NCBI GenBank assembly: GCA_964401515.1
Contig: CAYNYV010000001.1
Location: 8,667 to 72,666, forward strand
Reading direction: 5' to 3'
DNA: 64,000 nucleotides
Source of the DNA: an uncultured Christensenella sp.
Lineage (GTDB): Bacteria; Bacillota; Clostridia; Christensenellales; Borkfalkiaceae
Below, in pieces: positions 46,398-56,330 of this stretch. A program made the translations under genes and the position numbers. Position 1 is the first letter of the stretch. Each line of letters opens with the position of its first letter. The notes below the pieces were generated by a model, which was not told where the DNA came from, did no database searches, and was given only the letters and a program-made list of their open reading frames with translations.

Positions 46398-47867
46398 ATG
46401 GCAAACGCAATGCCTTACAATTTGGAAGCGGAACAGTCTGTTCTTGCTTGTATATTGCTTGACCAAATCGTTCAAAGCGATATAATTTCACAACTAAGCG
46501 AAGACGATTTTTTAGTCGCTTCTCATAAAATAATTTTTACTAATATGAAGGAGGTTTATGCGAGTAATAAACCCGTAGACCTTGTTACCTTATCCGATAT
46601 TTTGCAAAAAAACGGAAAACTCGAAGCGGTCGGCGGCATCGCTTATTTAAGCGAGGTAACTAAACTTATTCCTTCTTCGGCTAACTTCGATCAATACGTT
46701 TCCATCGTTAAGCGCGATAGCGTTTTGCGCCGTTTGATAACAAGTTCCAACTTGATTATAGAAGACGCTGCGAAAAGCACCGATAGCGAACATTCTTTGG
46801 CATACGCAGAAAAATTGATTTTCGATATTGCCAATAACGACGAAAAACATAATCTTGAAAGACTCGGTAACTATTTCGATCCCGTTTTGGATAAGTTTGA
46901 AAAACTTCAAAAAGATAAAAGTTATTTTACGGGGCTTAAAACGGGCTTTACCCAACTCGATTACGTTACCAACGGTTTGCACAAAGGCAATCTTATTATC
47001 CTTGCAGCTCGTCCTTCGGTCGGTAAAACAACGCTTGCCATGAACATAGTCGAAAACGTTGCCTTAAAGGAAAACGCAGTTTGCGCCGTTTTCGAACTGG
47101 AAATGACTAAGGTCGAACTTGCACAAAGGATGCTTTGTTCTGTAGGCGAGGTTCCTATGGACGCAGCGGTAAAAGGTAAGCTCGAAGAAAAAGACGAAAA
47201 AGGCTTTAAAAAACTTTGGGAAGCAAAAAAACGCTTAAACAGTGCGGAAATTTACGTTGACGAAAGTTCAAACGTTACGCCGCAAGATATTTTGAACCGC
47301 GCGCGCAGACTAAAAATGCACCAAGGCGGCAGATTAGATTTGATCGTTGTAGACCACTTACAATTAATGCAGTCGGCTAAAAAAGCCGAATCTCGTCAAC
47401 AAGAAGTTACCGATATTTCAAGGAACCTTAAAATGATTGCTAAGGAACTCGAATGTCCCGTTATAGCCCTTTCGCAGTTGTCAAGACAGATTGCACAACG
47501 TAAAGGAGGGAAGCCCGTTCTTTCCGATTTAAGGGAATCGGGCGCTATCGAACAGGACGCCGATCTTGTAGTATTTTTACATAAGCCCGACGCAGATTCG
47601 GGTAACCGACCGTCAGTACAAATGACCGACATTATTGTTGCTAAAAACCGTAACGGTACATGTACGGAATTCCCGTTACTCTTTAAAGGTGACTTTTGTA
47701 AATTTGTTAACCCGACTAATTTTAGCGGTGAACCGCCCGCTCGCGACGGAACCTTTACGAAAGAAGAAGATGATGCGCAAGATAGCGAAACCTACTCGAA
47801 AGAGGACCTTGACAGTTTGGAAAAATTTGCTCCCGAAGAAGGTGACGACGATGACGTCTTTATGTAA
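46398..47867 (+). CDS. dnaB: Replicative DNA helicase
   Basis: PYNLEAEQSVLACIL N-terminus, Walker A ARPSVGKTT, LSQLSR motif. It has an acidic ~45-aa C-terminal tail. Confidence 0.95.
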   Translation: MANAMPYNLEAEQSVLACILLDQIVQSDIISQLSEDDFLVASHKIIFTNMKEVYASNKPVDLVTLSDILQKNGKLEAVGGIAYLSEVTKLIPSSANFDQYVSIVKRDSVLRRLITSSNLIIEDAAKSTDSEHSLAYAEKLIFDIANNDEKHNLERLGNYFDPVLDKFEKLQKDKSYFTGLKTGFTQLDYVTNGLHKGNLIILAARPSVGKTTLAMNIVENVALKENAVCAVFELEMTKVELAQRMLCSVGEVPMDAAVKGKLEEKDEKGFKKLWEAKKRLNSAEIYVDESSNVTPQDILNRARRLKMHQGGRLDLIVVDHLQLMQSAKKAESRQQEVTDISRNLKMIAKELECPVIALSQLSRQIAQRKGGKPVLSDLRESGAIEQDADLVVFLHKPDADSGNRPSVQMTDIIVAKNRNGTCTEFPLLFKGDFCKFVNPTNFSGEPPARDGTFTKEEDDAQDSETYSKEDLDSLEKFAPEEGDDDDVFM

Positions 47868-48858
47868 CGACGAATTCGTAAAAATTCGCAAAATCACTGA
47901 TGATACGCTGAAAATTGCGAAAGATTATGTTCTTCGTAATCAACTTGTGGCATTCCCGACGGAAACGGTGTACGGCTTAGGTGCGAACGCTTTTTCCGAC
48001 GAAGCGATACGCGCCGTTTACGCTGCTAAAGGTCGTCCGCTCGATAATCCTTTAATAGTCCACGTCCACGAAGATTATGATATTTCAACTCTTGTTTACG
48101 ACGATAAACAATACGTCAAGGATGTAAGAAAAGCGTTTTTGCCGGGACCGCTTACAATGGTCTATAAAAGTAAAGATAAGGTCTCGCCGCTCGTTTCGTG
48201 CGGGCTAAACACTTTGGCGATACGCGTTCCTTCCTCTGTAGACGCTCAAAGATTTTTAAGATATTTGGATCTGCCGATTGCTGCACCGTCCGCAAATATT
48301 TCTAAACACACTAGTCCCGTTACCGCACAACACGTCTACGACGACTTCGGCGATAAATTACCTTTGATTTTAGACGGCGGTAGGTGTGAAGGTGGTATCG
48401 AGTCAACCGTAGTCGACGTTACTGGCGACGAACCCGTAATCTTGCGTAAAGGACTTATTACGACCGAGATGATTAAGTCGGTTGTCGGTAAATGCAGCTA
48501 CGCGGCTAATACTTCCGACTTAAACGCGCGTTCCCCGGGAACAAAATATCGTCATTATTGTCCGAAAACAAAAACAATGCTTTTCGACGAGGGTGACTAC
48601 GACAGTGTGAAGCGTTGTTATGACGAATGTGTTTCGCGAGGGAAAAAGCCGATTATTATGTGTGTTGAAAAAGATTTAGCCCGCTTAAACGGTTATGTAA
48701 CTTTTTCGCTCGGCGAAAGCGGGCAACAAATGGCTTCTCGTCTTTATTACGGCTTGCGTGAAGCCGAAAACTTCGACTTGCTTATAGGAATGAAATTTAT
48801 TATTTCCGACGAAGTCATGCTTAGCGTTGAAAACAGATTTTTAAAGGCTTTCGGTTGA
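47851..48858 (+). CDS. tsaC: L-threonylcarbamoyladenylate synthase (Sua5/YwlC type)
   Basis: FPTETVYGLGANA and PLIVHV motifs plus a Sua5 C-terminal domain. I prefer the ATG at 47851; the longer track ORF (from 47635) overlaps dnaB. Confidence 0.9.
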   Translation: MTSLCNDEFVKIRKITDDTLKIAKDYVLRNQLVAFPTETVYGLGANAFSDEAIRAVYAAKGRPLDNPLIVHVHEDYDISTLVYDDKQYVKDVRKAFLPGPLTMVYKSKDKVSPLVSCGLNTLAIRVPSSVDAQRFLRYLDLPIAAPSANISKHTSPVTAQHVYDDFGDKLPLILDGGRCEGGIESTVVDVTGDEPVILRKGLITTEMIKSVVGKCSYAANTSDLNARSPGTKYRHYCPKTKTMLFDEGDYDSVKRCYDECVSRGKKPIIMCVEKDLARLNGYVTFSLGESGQQMASRLYYGLREAENFDLLIGMKFIISDEVMLSVENRFLKAFG

Positions 48859-48876
48859 TTTAGTAAGGGGGATTTT

Positions 48877-49326
48877 ATGGCTAAAAAAACTTCTCTTTGT
48901 TTTGTTTGTAGCGGCAACACTTGCAGAAGCCCTATGGCGCAGTTTATTTTAAAAGCAAAAACGGTCGATTTAGGCGATAAGGATTTAAAAATCACTTCTT
49001 ACGGCACCAACGTAACGGAAGACAGCATAAATCCGCTTTCAAAATTAGTTTTAAAAAAGCACGGCATAAAAATGACTAAATTTGTGCCCAAACAAATTAC
49101 TTCGGAAAAGGTCAAAGGTTACGGAGCGATAGTTGCCATGACGGACCTTTTAATGGAAAAGTTGATAAGCGAAGGATATCAAAACGTTTATTCTGTAAAC
49201 CAACTTACAAAACTCGGTGACGTTTGCGATCCGTACGGCAAGGACGAGGATTATTACGAAATGTGCTACGACCAACTCGATAAGGCTTGCGACGTTATTT
49301 TGCAAATGTTGAAAGTCGTACTTTAA
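48877..49326 (+). CDS. ywlE: Low-molecular-weight protein phosphatase (YwlE-like arginine/tyrosine phosphatase)
   Basis: P-loop CFVCSGNTCRSPMA and the DPYG loop. The ywlC-ywlE-rpiB-upp order matches B. subtilis. Confidence 0.8.
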   Translation: MAKKTSLCFVCSGNTCRSPMAQFILKAKTVDLGDKDLKITSYGTNVTEDSINPLSKLVLKKHGIKMTKFVPKQITSEKVKGYGAIVAMTDLLMEKLISEGYQNVYSVNQLTKLGDVCDPYGKDEDYYEMCYDQLDKACDVILQMLKVVL

Positions 49327-49353
49327 TTTAATTTTACAATTTGGCGGTGTATT

Positions 49354-49803
49354 ATGAAAATTGCAATTGCATCCGACCACGCAGGTTTTCAAGCAAAGGC
49401 CTTGTTGGTCGAATATTTAAATAATTTAGGATACGAAACGCTCGATTTCGGTACCGATTCCGATAAATCTTGCGATTACCCCGACTTTGCCGTAAAATGT
49501 GCTCACGCCGTCGTTAACGGCGAAGCGCGCTTCGGTATTTTGATTTGCGGCACGGGAATCGGTATGGCGATTTGTGCCAATAAAGTTAAAGGCGTTAGAT
49601 GTGCAAATTGTTCCGACGCTTTTTCCACCGAAATGACAAGGGCGCATAACGACGCCAATATGCTTGCGCTCGGCGCACGCGTTATTACAACCGATAAAAT
49701 GAAGGAACTTATCAAAATTTTTTTGGATACGCCCTTTTCAAACCAAGAAAATCACCTAAGAAGAATATCTAAGATTGCCGACGTGGAAAATTCGCGCTTA
49801 TAA
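49354..49803 (+). CDS. rpiB: Ribose-5-phosphate isomerase B
   Basis: MKIAIASDHAGF and CGTGIGM motifs. Confidence 0.9.
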   Translation: MKIAIASDHAGFQAKALLVEYLNNLGYETLDFGTDSDKSCDYPDFAVKCAHAVVNGEARFGILICGTGIGMAICANKVKGVRCANCSDAFSTEMTRAHNDANMLALGARVITTDKMKELIKIFLDTPFSNQENHLRRISKIADVENSRL

Positions 49804-49879
49804 TTTCACGGAACTTCCGTAGATTTTTAAGATGCAAAGATTTTTTAATTTAAAAAATATTTTATTCAAGGAGAATATT

Positions 49880-50509
49880 ATGAGTAATTTTACAGTAGTT
49901 GACCACCCTCTTATCAAACACAAAATCAGTCTTATGAGAAGGACAGACACAAGCACTAAGGATTTTAGAGAACTCGCCGAAGAAATTTCCTTGCTTATGG
50001 CTTACGAAGTAACGCGTGATCTTCCCGTGCAGGAAGTTGAAATCGAAACGCCTATTTGTAAGACTGTCGGTTATGAAATTTCGGGTAGAGCACTCGGTAT
50101 CGTTCCCATTTTAAGAGCGGGACTCGGTATGGTAAACGGCATTACAAGGCTTGTACCCAACGCAAAAGTAGGGCATATCGGTCTATATCGCGATCCGAAC
50201 ACCCACAAACCCGTTGAATACTACTGTAAACTTCCTCAAGACGCAACCGAAAGACGTATAATCGTCGTCGATCCTATGCTCGCAACGGGCGGTAGCGCTA
50301 TTGCTGCGGTTCAATTTATAAAAGACAGGGGATGTACCGATATTAAACTTATGTGTCTTATAGCCGCCCCCGAAGGCGTTAAGGCTATGCAAGAAGCCCA
50401 TCCCGACGTTGATATTTACGTTGCTTCGTTAGACGAAAGGCTTAACGAAAACGCTTACATAATCCCCGGTCTCGGCGATGCCGGCGATAGATTGTTCGGT
50501 ACGAAATAG
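49880..50509 (+). CDS. upp: Uracil phosphoribosyltransferase
   Basis: HPLIKHK N-terminus and PRPP motif [14 protein letters not shown] at 49880 after AAGGAG. Confidence 0.95.
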   Translation: MSNFTVVDHPLIKHKISLMRRTDTSTKDFRELAEEISLLMAYEVTRDLPVQEVEIETPICKTVGYEISGRALGIVPILRAGLGMVNGITRLVPNAKVGHIGLYRDPNTHKPVEYYCKLPQDATERRIIVVDPMLATGGSAIAAVQFIKDRGCTDIKLMCLIAAPEGVKAMQEAHPDVDIYVASLDERLNENAYIIPGLGDAGDRLFGTK

Positions 50510-50543
50510 TCTTGTCGAACGTTAGATAATTAGGATTAAAATT

Positions 50544-50576
50544 CTAATATATTTATCGCATTAATATATTTATCGC
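50544..50576. repeat. Tandem direct repeat of a 16-nt unit (period 17)
   Basis: TAATATATTTATCGCA at 50544-50559 and again at 50561-50576, in the upp-galU spacer. Confidence 0.9.
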
Positions 50577-50655
50577 AAAAATTTTACACAAGATATAAAT
50601 CGACTAATCGTCATTGTTTTTATAATATCCAAACTTTGCTTAACAAGAGGTTGAA

Positions 50656-51540
50656 ATGAAGAATGTTGAAATTGCCGTTATACCCGTTGCCGGGTACGGA
50701 ACTCGTTTTTTACCTTACACAAAGTCTGTTCCTAAACCGATGTTGCCGATTATTAATCGTCCTTCGATTGAAATAATCGCGAAAGAAGCAGCCGATAGCG
50801 GCATAAATGAAATAGTTTTTATAGTCGGCCATAAGCAACAGATTATCGAAAATTACTTTTCGCCTTGTCCCGAACTTGAAGAAGTTCTTTTAAAACAAGG
50901 TAAGCGTGAAAGTATAGATACAATTAAGTATTGCGAGAGTTTTGCCAAAGTCGATTTTGTCGTGCAAAAAGAACAACGCGGTACCGCCGATGCCATTTTG
51001 GCGGCAGAAAAGTTCGTTTGCGACAGACCGTTTGCCGTTTTGTTCGGCGACGACGTAATGTATAACGACGGTAAACCCGTTTTAAAGCAGCTTATAGATT
51101 GTTTTTCTAAAACGGGCAAGACGGTAATCGGCGTAAAGCAAGTTCTCCGTAACGAAGTTCCCAAATATGCCTCCGTCGAGTACGATAAATTTTGTGATAG
51201 AGAATACAACGTTACTAAAATTACCGAAAAGCCGCCGCTCGATCAGGTTAAAAGCGATTTAGCGCCGCTTGGTAGGTACGTGTGTTCTCCTACGATTTTC
51301 GACCATATGCGCAGATTGAAGCCAAGTGTAAACGGTGAATATCAGTTTACCGACGCACTTGACGCGGAGGCTAAATCCGTCGGGGCGATTGCTTATGATT
51401 TTGAAGGCACGCGCTATGATATCGGTGATAGGTTCGGTTTTTTGAAGGCAAATATTGAATTCGGTTTACGTGACGAAGGGCTTAAGGTTCGGCTTAAAGA
51501 ATACTTGTCGGATCTTGCCGAAAAAATTGACGGAATTTAA
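50656..51540 (+). CDS. galU: UTP-glucose-1-phosphate uridylyltransferase
   Basis: AVIPVAGYGTRFLPYTKSVPKPMLPI signature. Confidence 0.9.
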   Translation: MKNVEIAVIPVAGYGTRFLPYTKSVPKPMLPIINRPSIEIIAKEAADSGINEIVFIVGHKQQIIENYFSPCPELEEVLLKQGKRESIDTIKYCESFAKVDFVVQKEQRGTADAILAAEKFVCDRPFAVLFGDDVMYNDGKPVLKQLIDCFSKTGKTVIGVKQVLRNEVPKYASVEYDKFCDREYNVTKITEKPPLDQVKSDLAPLGRYVCSPTIFDHMRRLKPSVNGEYQFTDALDAEAKSVGAIAYDFEGTRYDIGDRFGFLKANIEFGLRDEGLKVRLKEYLSDLAEKIDGI

Positions 51541-51548
51541 TATGTCCT

Positions 51549-51583
51549 AAATCCGTTTGCTTAAATGCGAGCGGATTTTTCTT
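51549..51583 (+). terminator. galU terminator
   Basis: Stem AAATCCG...CGGATTT followed by a T-run. Confidence 0.7.
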
Positions 51584-51686
51584 TCCTAAAAGTATGAAAA
51601 ATTTTAAAATTCTCTAAATTTTTGTCAAAAACACGATAAAGTTTTAAATATTTTTAAAAAAGGGCAAAAATATATAAAAATGGGTA

Positions 51687-51714
51687 TTGACTTTTTGATT
51701 TTTAATGCTATAAT
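51687..51714 (+). promoter_or_regulatory. Promoter of the mcsA-mcsB-clpC operon
   Basis: TTGACT, 16-nt spacer, extended -10 TGcTATAAT. Confidence 0.6.
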
Positions 51715-51749
51715 TAGATTGAGAAATATTTAGAAGGTTTAGGTGGCGT

Positions 51750-52043
51750 ATGATTTGTCCCGTGTGTCATAGAAGAGAAGCGACCGAAGAAGTCGTAAGA
51801 TATTTCGGCGCGTATCAGTCGCACGGGGTGGTGTGCCCCGATTGCGTTGAAGCCGCTTATTCTCTCGACGCCAACGGCTTTTACCAAACGTTCTATTTAA
51901 GCTTGCAAAAAACTTGCCGCCGTTGCGGACGTAGTCTTAATACGATTTTAAATACTATGATAGTAGGTTGTCCCTTTTGCTACGTTGAATTTGCCAAAGA
52001 ACTTAAGCCGCTTATAGATAGCGTGCAAAGAAGAGAATCATGA
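51750..52043 (+). CDS. mcsA: Short McsA-like zinc-finger protein (arginine kinase activator-like)
   Basis: Four CxxC pairs (CPVC, CPDC, CRRC, CPFC). The stop overlaps the mcsB start (ATGA). Only 97 aa. Confidence 0.6.
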   Translation: MICPVCHRREATEEVVRYFGAYQSHGVVCPDCVEAAYSLDANGFYQTFYLSLQKTCRRCGRSLNTILNTMIVGCPFCYVEFAKELKPLIDSVQRRES

Positions 52044-53038
52044 TAGATACCGACGTAGTAATTTCAACGCGAATTCGCTATGCAAGGAATTTTCAAGATT
52101 ACGACTTTCCGGCTGTCATAAGGGGAACGAGTCAAGAATCGTCTATAATACGCGCTTGCAATTCGGTACTCGCTCATTTTAAAGGTTTTAAGACTTATTA
52201 TATGAGCGATTTATCCGAAGTCGAAAAATTAAGCCTAACCGAGCGGTATATAATTTCCAAAAACCTTTGCGATTCGCCGAACGGCGCCGTTTCCATATCC
52301 CAAGACGAACTTCTTTCCGTTATGATTAACGAAGAAGACCATATACGCGAACAGTGTATGGTTAAAGGAATGGATTTCGAAAGCGCTTTAAATAGAATAA
52401 ACAATCTCGATAAAGTACTTTCGGCAAATTGCCGTTTTGCTAATAAAGGCGGATTTTATTATACCGCTTGTCCTACCAATTTAGGGAGTGGAATGCGAGC
52501 CTCTCTTATGATGTTTTTGCCCGCACTTACAAAGGAAGGTCGTGTAGAAGGGCTTTCAAGGCTTGCCGCAAGCGAAGGTATTACCATTCGCGGCGCTTTA
52601 GGCGAGGGCAGTTTTGCAGAAGGGTATTATTATCAAATTAGTAATTCGGTAACGATTGGCGACGTTAAAACGATTATCGAAAAGGTGCGTGATTTCGCCC
52701 TCGACGTTTGTGATGAAGAAATTAACCTTCGTAAAAGTCAATATCTTGAAAATCCGCTTAAAATAAAGGACGTTTGTTTAAGGGCTTTGGGCGTTTTAAC
52801 TCACTGCGCAATGCTTTCTTACGGCGAGTTTTGCGAGATGATTTCACAAGTAAAATTAGGGATAGCTCACGGGATTATAACTTGCTCTAACAGTTCGGCA
52901 ATCGACGATTTGGCTGTTACCGCAAGACCGAATACGCTTTCCTTAAACGGCAAGGATATTGCTGCCGACAGTGAGGACGAAATGCGCGCCGTTTTTGTAA
53001 AAAACGCCTTAAAAACTTTACAAACGCACGAAGCGTAA
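52040..53038 (+). CDS. mcsB: Protein arginine kinase McsB
   Basis: Guanidino-kinase signature CPTNLGSGMRAS. Confidence 0.9.
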   Translation: MIDTDVVISTRIRYARNFQDYDFPAVIRGTSQESSIIRACNSVLAHFKGFKTYYMSDLSEVEKLSLTERYIISKNLCDSPNGAVSISQDELLSVMINEEDHIREQCMVKGMDFESALNRINNLDKVLSANCRFANKGGFYYTACPTNLGSGMRASLMMFLPALTKEGRVEGLSRLAASEGITIRGALGEGSFAEGYYYQISNSVTIGDVKTIIEKVRDFALDVCDEEINLRKSQYLENPLKIKDVCLRALGVLTHCAMLSYGEFCEMISQVKLGIAHGIITCSNSSAIDDLAVTARPNTLSLNGKDIAADSEDEMRAVFVKNALKTLQTHEA

Positions 53039-53056
53039 GAATATAAAAGAGAATTT

Positions 53057-55549
53057 ATGAACAATTTGAATAACGAACTTTCGGGTGCGACAACTAAATA
53101 CGGTCAGATTTTGAAAGACGCTAAACAAATCGCTTTAAAATACGGCGTTACTTACGTTGCGACCGAATTTATCATAGCCGCAATGCTTAACGGATGCGGT
53201 AAGGTTTCCGAAACTTTATCGTCTCACGGCGTTACCCCTTCGGCGTATTATCCGCGGCTTAAAGAAAATATCGACAGAAATTACAATAAAGAAGGCTTTA
53301 CCGCTCGTACTAAATCGGTTTTGACTATTTCGGAAGACATCGCTCGCCGGTCGGGGTGTAACTTCGTTTCGCCCGAACATTTGCTTCTTGCGATACTTAC
53401 TTTCGAGTGTATAGGTTCTTCGATAGTTTTTTCCATAGCACAAAACGCTCAAATGCTCGTTTATGACGTCAACACGCTCGTTAAGGATTTAGCCAATCGC
53501 GAAAAATCAAATAATGCTGTTAGGACTAACGCTTTTCAATCGGAAAATTTAAGTTCCTACGACGGATTTAAGAACAATATAAATAATCCGTCGAGCGAAG
53601 TTTCGGACAATTATTCTGCGTCGAGTGCGCTTGACGAATTAGACGCTTTTGGTATAAATCTTACCCAAAAGGCTCGTCTTAATAAACTCGATCCCGTCAT
53701 CGGCAGAGATAAAGAAATCAATCGCGTTATCGAAACGTTGTCGAGAAGGATAAAATCAAACCCGATGCTTATAGGTGAACCCGGCGTCGGTAAAACCGCC
53801 GTCATCGAGGGTTTGGCTATTAGAATCGCTAAAGGCGACGTTCCTGTTACTTTAAAGCAAAGGACCGTATTTTCCCTTGATTTAAGCGGAATTATAGCGG
53901 GCGCAAAATACAAAGGCGAGTTTGAAGAACGTTTTAAAGCGGCTATAAAAATCGCCCGAGACAATAACGTAATACTCTTTATCGACGAAATTCATTCCAT
54001 ACTTTCGGGGTACGAATCATATTCGGTTGCGGACATTTTAAAACCGAGCCTTGCTCGCGGTGAAATTCAAGTTATCGGCGCAACGACTATATCCGAATAC
54101 AATAAATATATCGAAAACGATCCTGCTTTAGCGAGAAGATTTTTACTTATAAAACTCGAACCGCCTAAAGTTGACGATTGTATCGAGATTTTGCAAGGAT
54201 TACGGGATAAATTCGAAGCACATCACGGTATCGAAATAACCGATTCCGCGATAAAAGCCGCCGTTAATATGTCGGAAAGATATATTACCGACCGTTTTTT
54301 ACCCGATAAGGCGATAGATCTTATCGACGAGGCTGCCGCAAAGGAAAGACTTTTAACGGATACGCCTACGGAAACGCTCGTCAGTAAAATCAATCAACTA
54401 AAACGTCTTGAAATCGACCGTGATTATATGTTGTCGGTCGGAACCGATTGTCGCGATATTGACGAAAAAATTCAAGAACTTACCGACGAAGTGCGAGAAA
54501 TCAGACAATCCGAGCAAAAACGCCGTAATCACGATAATCCTTTTATAGATGCCGATAATATCGCAAAAGTTGTTAGCGAAATGACGGGGATTCCCGTTTC
54601 CAAGTTAACCGAAACCGAGGCGGACAAACTTATGAATTTTGAAAATATCCTTCATAAGCGCGTTATCGGACAGGATTTAGCCGTAGAAGCCGTTTCAAAA
54701 GCAATAAGACGGTCTATGACTTGCATTAAAGATCCTAATAAACCAATCGGCTCCTTTATTTTCGTCGGACCTACGGGCGTAGGCAAGACAGAACTTTCAA
54801 AAGCCGTTGCCGAAGCGATTTTCGGCGACGAAAATATGCTTATTCGCGTTGACATGAGCGAATATATGGAAAAAGTCAGCGTTGCTAAACTTATAGGCGC
54901 GCCGCCGGGCTACGTCGGTTACGACGAAGAAGGGCAACTGACCGGTAAAGTCAGAATGAGACCTTATTCGGTTATTTTGTTCGATGAAATCGAAAAAGCC
55001 CACCCCGATGTCTTCAATATAATGCTTCAAATTTTGGATGACGGCAGGCTTACCGACAGTAAAGGCAGGACGGTAGACTTTAAAAACACTATAGTAATTA
55101 TGACTTCCAACGAAGGCGCTTCCGAGATAAAAACCGCCGCTAAAATAGGCTTTTTCGACGAAGTTGACGAAGTTGAAAACACAAAAGACAAGATAATTCA
55201 AGCGCTTAGAAAAAAATTCCGTCCGGAATTTCTTAACAGAATCGACGATATAGTCGTTTTCCGTAAATTAACCCTTGAGGAATGCGGAAAAATTTGCGAC
55301 ATTCAATGCGAATCTTTAAGAAAACGTATGACGGCTATGAACGTCAAGTTGGTATTTACCGACGGAGCTAAACGCTTGATACTCAATAAAGGTTACGATA
55401 ACGAGTATGGTGCGCGCCCCCTTAAACGCGCGATATCTTCGCTTATCGAAACCCCTTTATCCGAAATGATCATCAAAGGCGATCTTAGGTCGGATAACAC
55501 CGTAACGGTTATTGACGACGCGGGGGAAATAGATTTTCTCGTAAGTTAA
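53057..55549 (+). CDS. clpC: ATP-dependent Clp protease ATP-binding subunit ClpC
   Basis: Clp_N repeats, two AAA modules (GEPGVGKTA and GPTGVGKTE), and position after mcsB. Confidence 0.95.
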   Translation: MNNLNNELSGATTKYGQILKDAKQIALKYGVTYVATEFIIAAMLNGCGKVSETLSSHGVTPSAYYPRLKENIDRNYNKEGFTARTKSVLTISEDIARRSGCNFVSPEHLLLAILTFECIGSSIVFSIAQNAQMLVYDVNTLVKDLANREKSNNAVRTNAFQSENLSSYDGFKNNINNPSSEVSDNYSASSALDELDAFGINLTQKARLNKLDPVIGRDKEINRVIETLSRRIKSNPMLIGEPGVGKTAVIEGLAIRIAKGDVPVTLKQRTVFSLDLSGIIAGAKYKGEFEERFKAAIKIARDNNVILFIDEIHSILSGYESYSVADILKPSLARGEIQVIGATTISEYNKYIENDPALARRFLLIKLEPPKVDDCIEILQGLRDKFEAHHGIEITDSAIKAAVNMSERYITDRFLPDKAIDLIDEAAAKERLLTDTPTETLVSKINQLKRLEIDRDYMLSVGTDCRDIDEKIQELTDEVREIRQSEQKRRNHDNPFIDADNIAKVVSEMTGIPVSKLTETEADKLMNFENILHKRVIGQDLAVEAVSKAIRRSMTCIKDPNKPIGSFIFVGPTGVGKTELSKAVAEAIFGDENMLIRVDMSEYMEKVSVAKLIGAPPGYVGYDEEGQLTGKVRMRPYSVILFDEIEKAHPDVFNIMLQILDDGRLTDSKGRTVDFKNTIVIMTSNEGASEIKTAAKIGFFDEVDEVENTKDKIIQALRKKFRPEFLNRIDDIVVFRKLTLEECGKICDIQCESLRKRMTAMNVKLVFTDGAKRLILNKGYDNEYGARPLKRAISSLIETPLSEMIIKGDLRSDNTVTVIDDAGEIDFLVS

Positions 55550-55581
55550 GTACCGCAAAATATTTATTAGGAGTAAAAATT

Positions 55582-56106
55582 ATGAAAATTGAAATTGTTG
55601 CAAAAAACTATCAAGTTAAGGACCAATTAACTGACGTTATCGAGAAAAAAGTTTCACGTCTTGATAAGTATTTCGAAGAAGATTCCGTTTGTAAAATCTA
55701 TCTTAAACAGGAAAAGAGAGATTGCAAAATGGAATTATCCATAAACTACAAAGGTTCGCTTATTCGCGCGGAAGCGAAAGCCGAACATTTTTATGACGCG
55801 ATAGATATAGTACTTCCCAAAATCGAACGCCAGATTTATAAATACCGCTCTAAACTCGAATCGAAACTTCGCAGCGGCGCATATCAAAAAGATAGAATTT
55901 TCGAAGCGTTAGAAGATAACGACTTTAAACTCGTTAAGACTAAAAAGTTTGAACTTACGCCTATGTCTTTGGACGAGGCGATTGAAGAATTCGAACTTAC
56001 GGGGCACAGTTTCTTCGTTTTCTATGATAAAGACAATGAGAAAACTAAAGTCTTATATTTGCGTGACGACGGAAATATCGGTTTAATCGATCCCGTTATC
56101 AGATAA
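55582..56106 (+). CDS. hpf: Ribosome hibernation promoting factor (long HPF)
   Basis: S30AE/RaiA N-domain and C-terminal dimerisation domain FFVFYDKDNEKTKVLYLRDDGNIGLI. Confidence 0.9.
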   Translation: MKIEIVAKNYQVKDQLTDVIEKKVSRLDKYFEEDSVCKIYLKQEKRDCKMELSINYKGSLIRAEAKAEHFYDAIDIVLPKIERQIYKYRSKLESKLRSGAYQKDRIFEALEDNDFKLVKTKKFELTPMSLDEAIEEFELTGHSFFVFYDKDNEKTKVLYLRDDGNIGLIDPVIR

Positions 56107-56330
56107 TTTGCGATGTAAGAAGTCGATTCCTTGCTTGCAAGGTTTACAACTTCTCAGCGTTTCAAATTAAAAAATTTGTAAAGTTTTTGTCGTTAGACAA
56201 AAAGTTTAATTATAGATTTTAAAATTCGATAATTACTTCGGGCTGCTCATAAGGGGCAGCTCGAGCCACGTCGGTTTTAACGTAAAAATATTAAAAATAC
56301 AAGATACAATCAACAATTTTAGGAGTTTTT

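Noticed and set aside
47635-47850. N-terminal 72-aa extension of the Sua5/TsaC ORF in the track
   Set aside because: The extension lies entirely inside the dnaB coding region in another frame and has a basic, low-complexity sequence. The conserved TsaC N-terminus begins at the ATG at 47851.
56107-56330. Possible raiA-motif RNA or riboswitch next to hpf
   Set aside because: The spacer lies downstream of hpf, not upstream. It is mostly AT-rich and has only short hairpins (7-8 bp, for example GGGCTGC / GCAGCTC and TTTTGTC / GACAAAA), with no extended conserved-looking structure. The evidence is insufficient to call an RNA.
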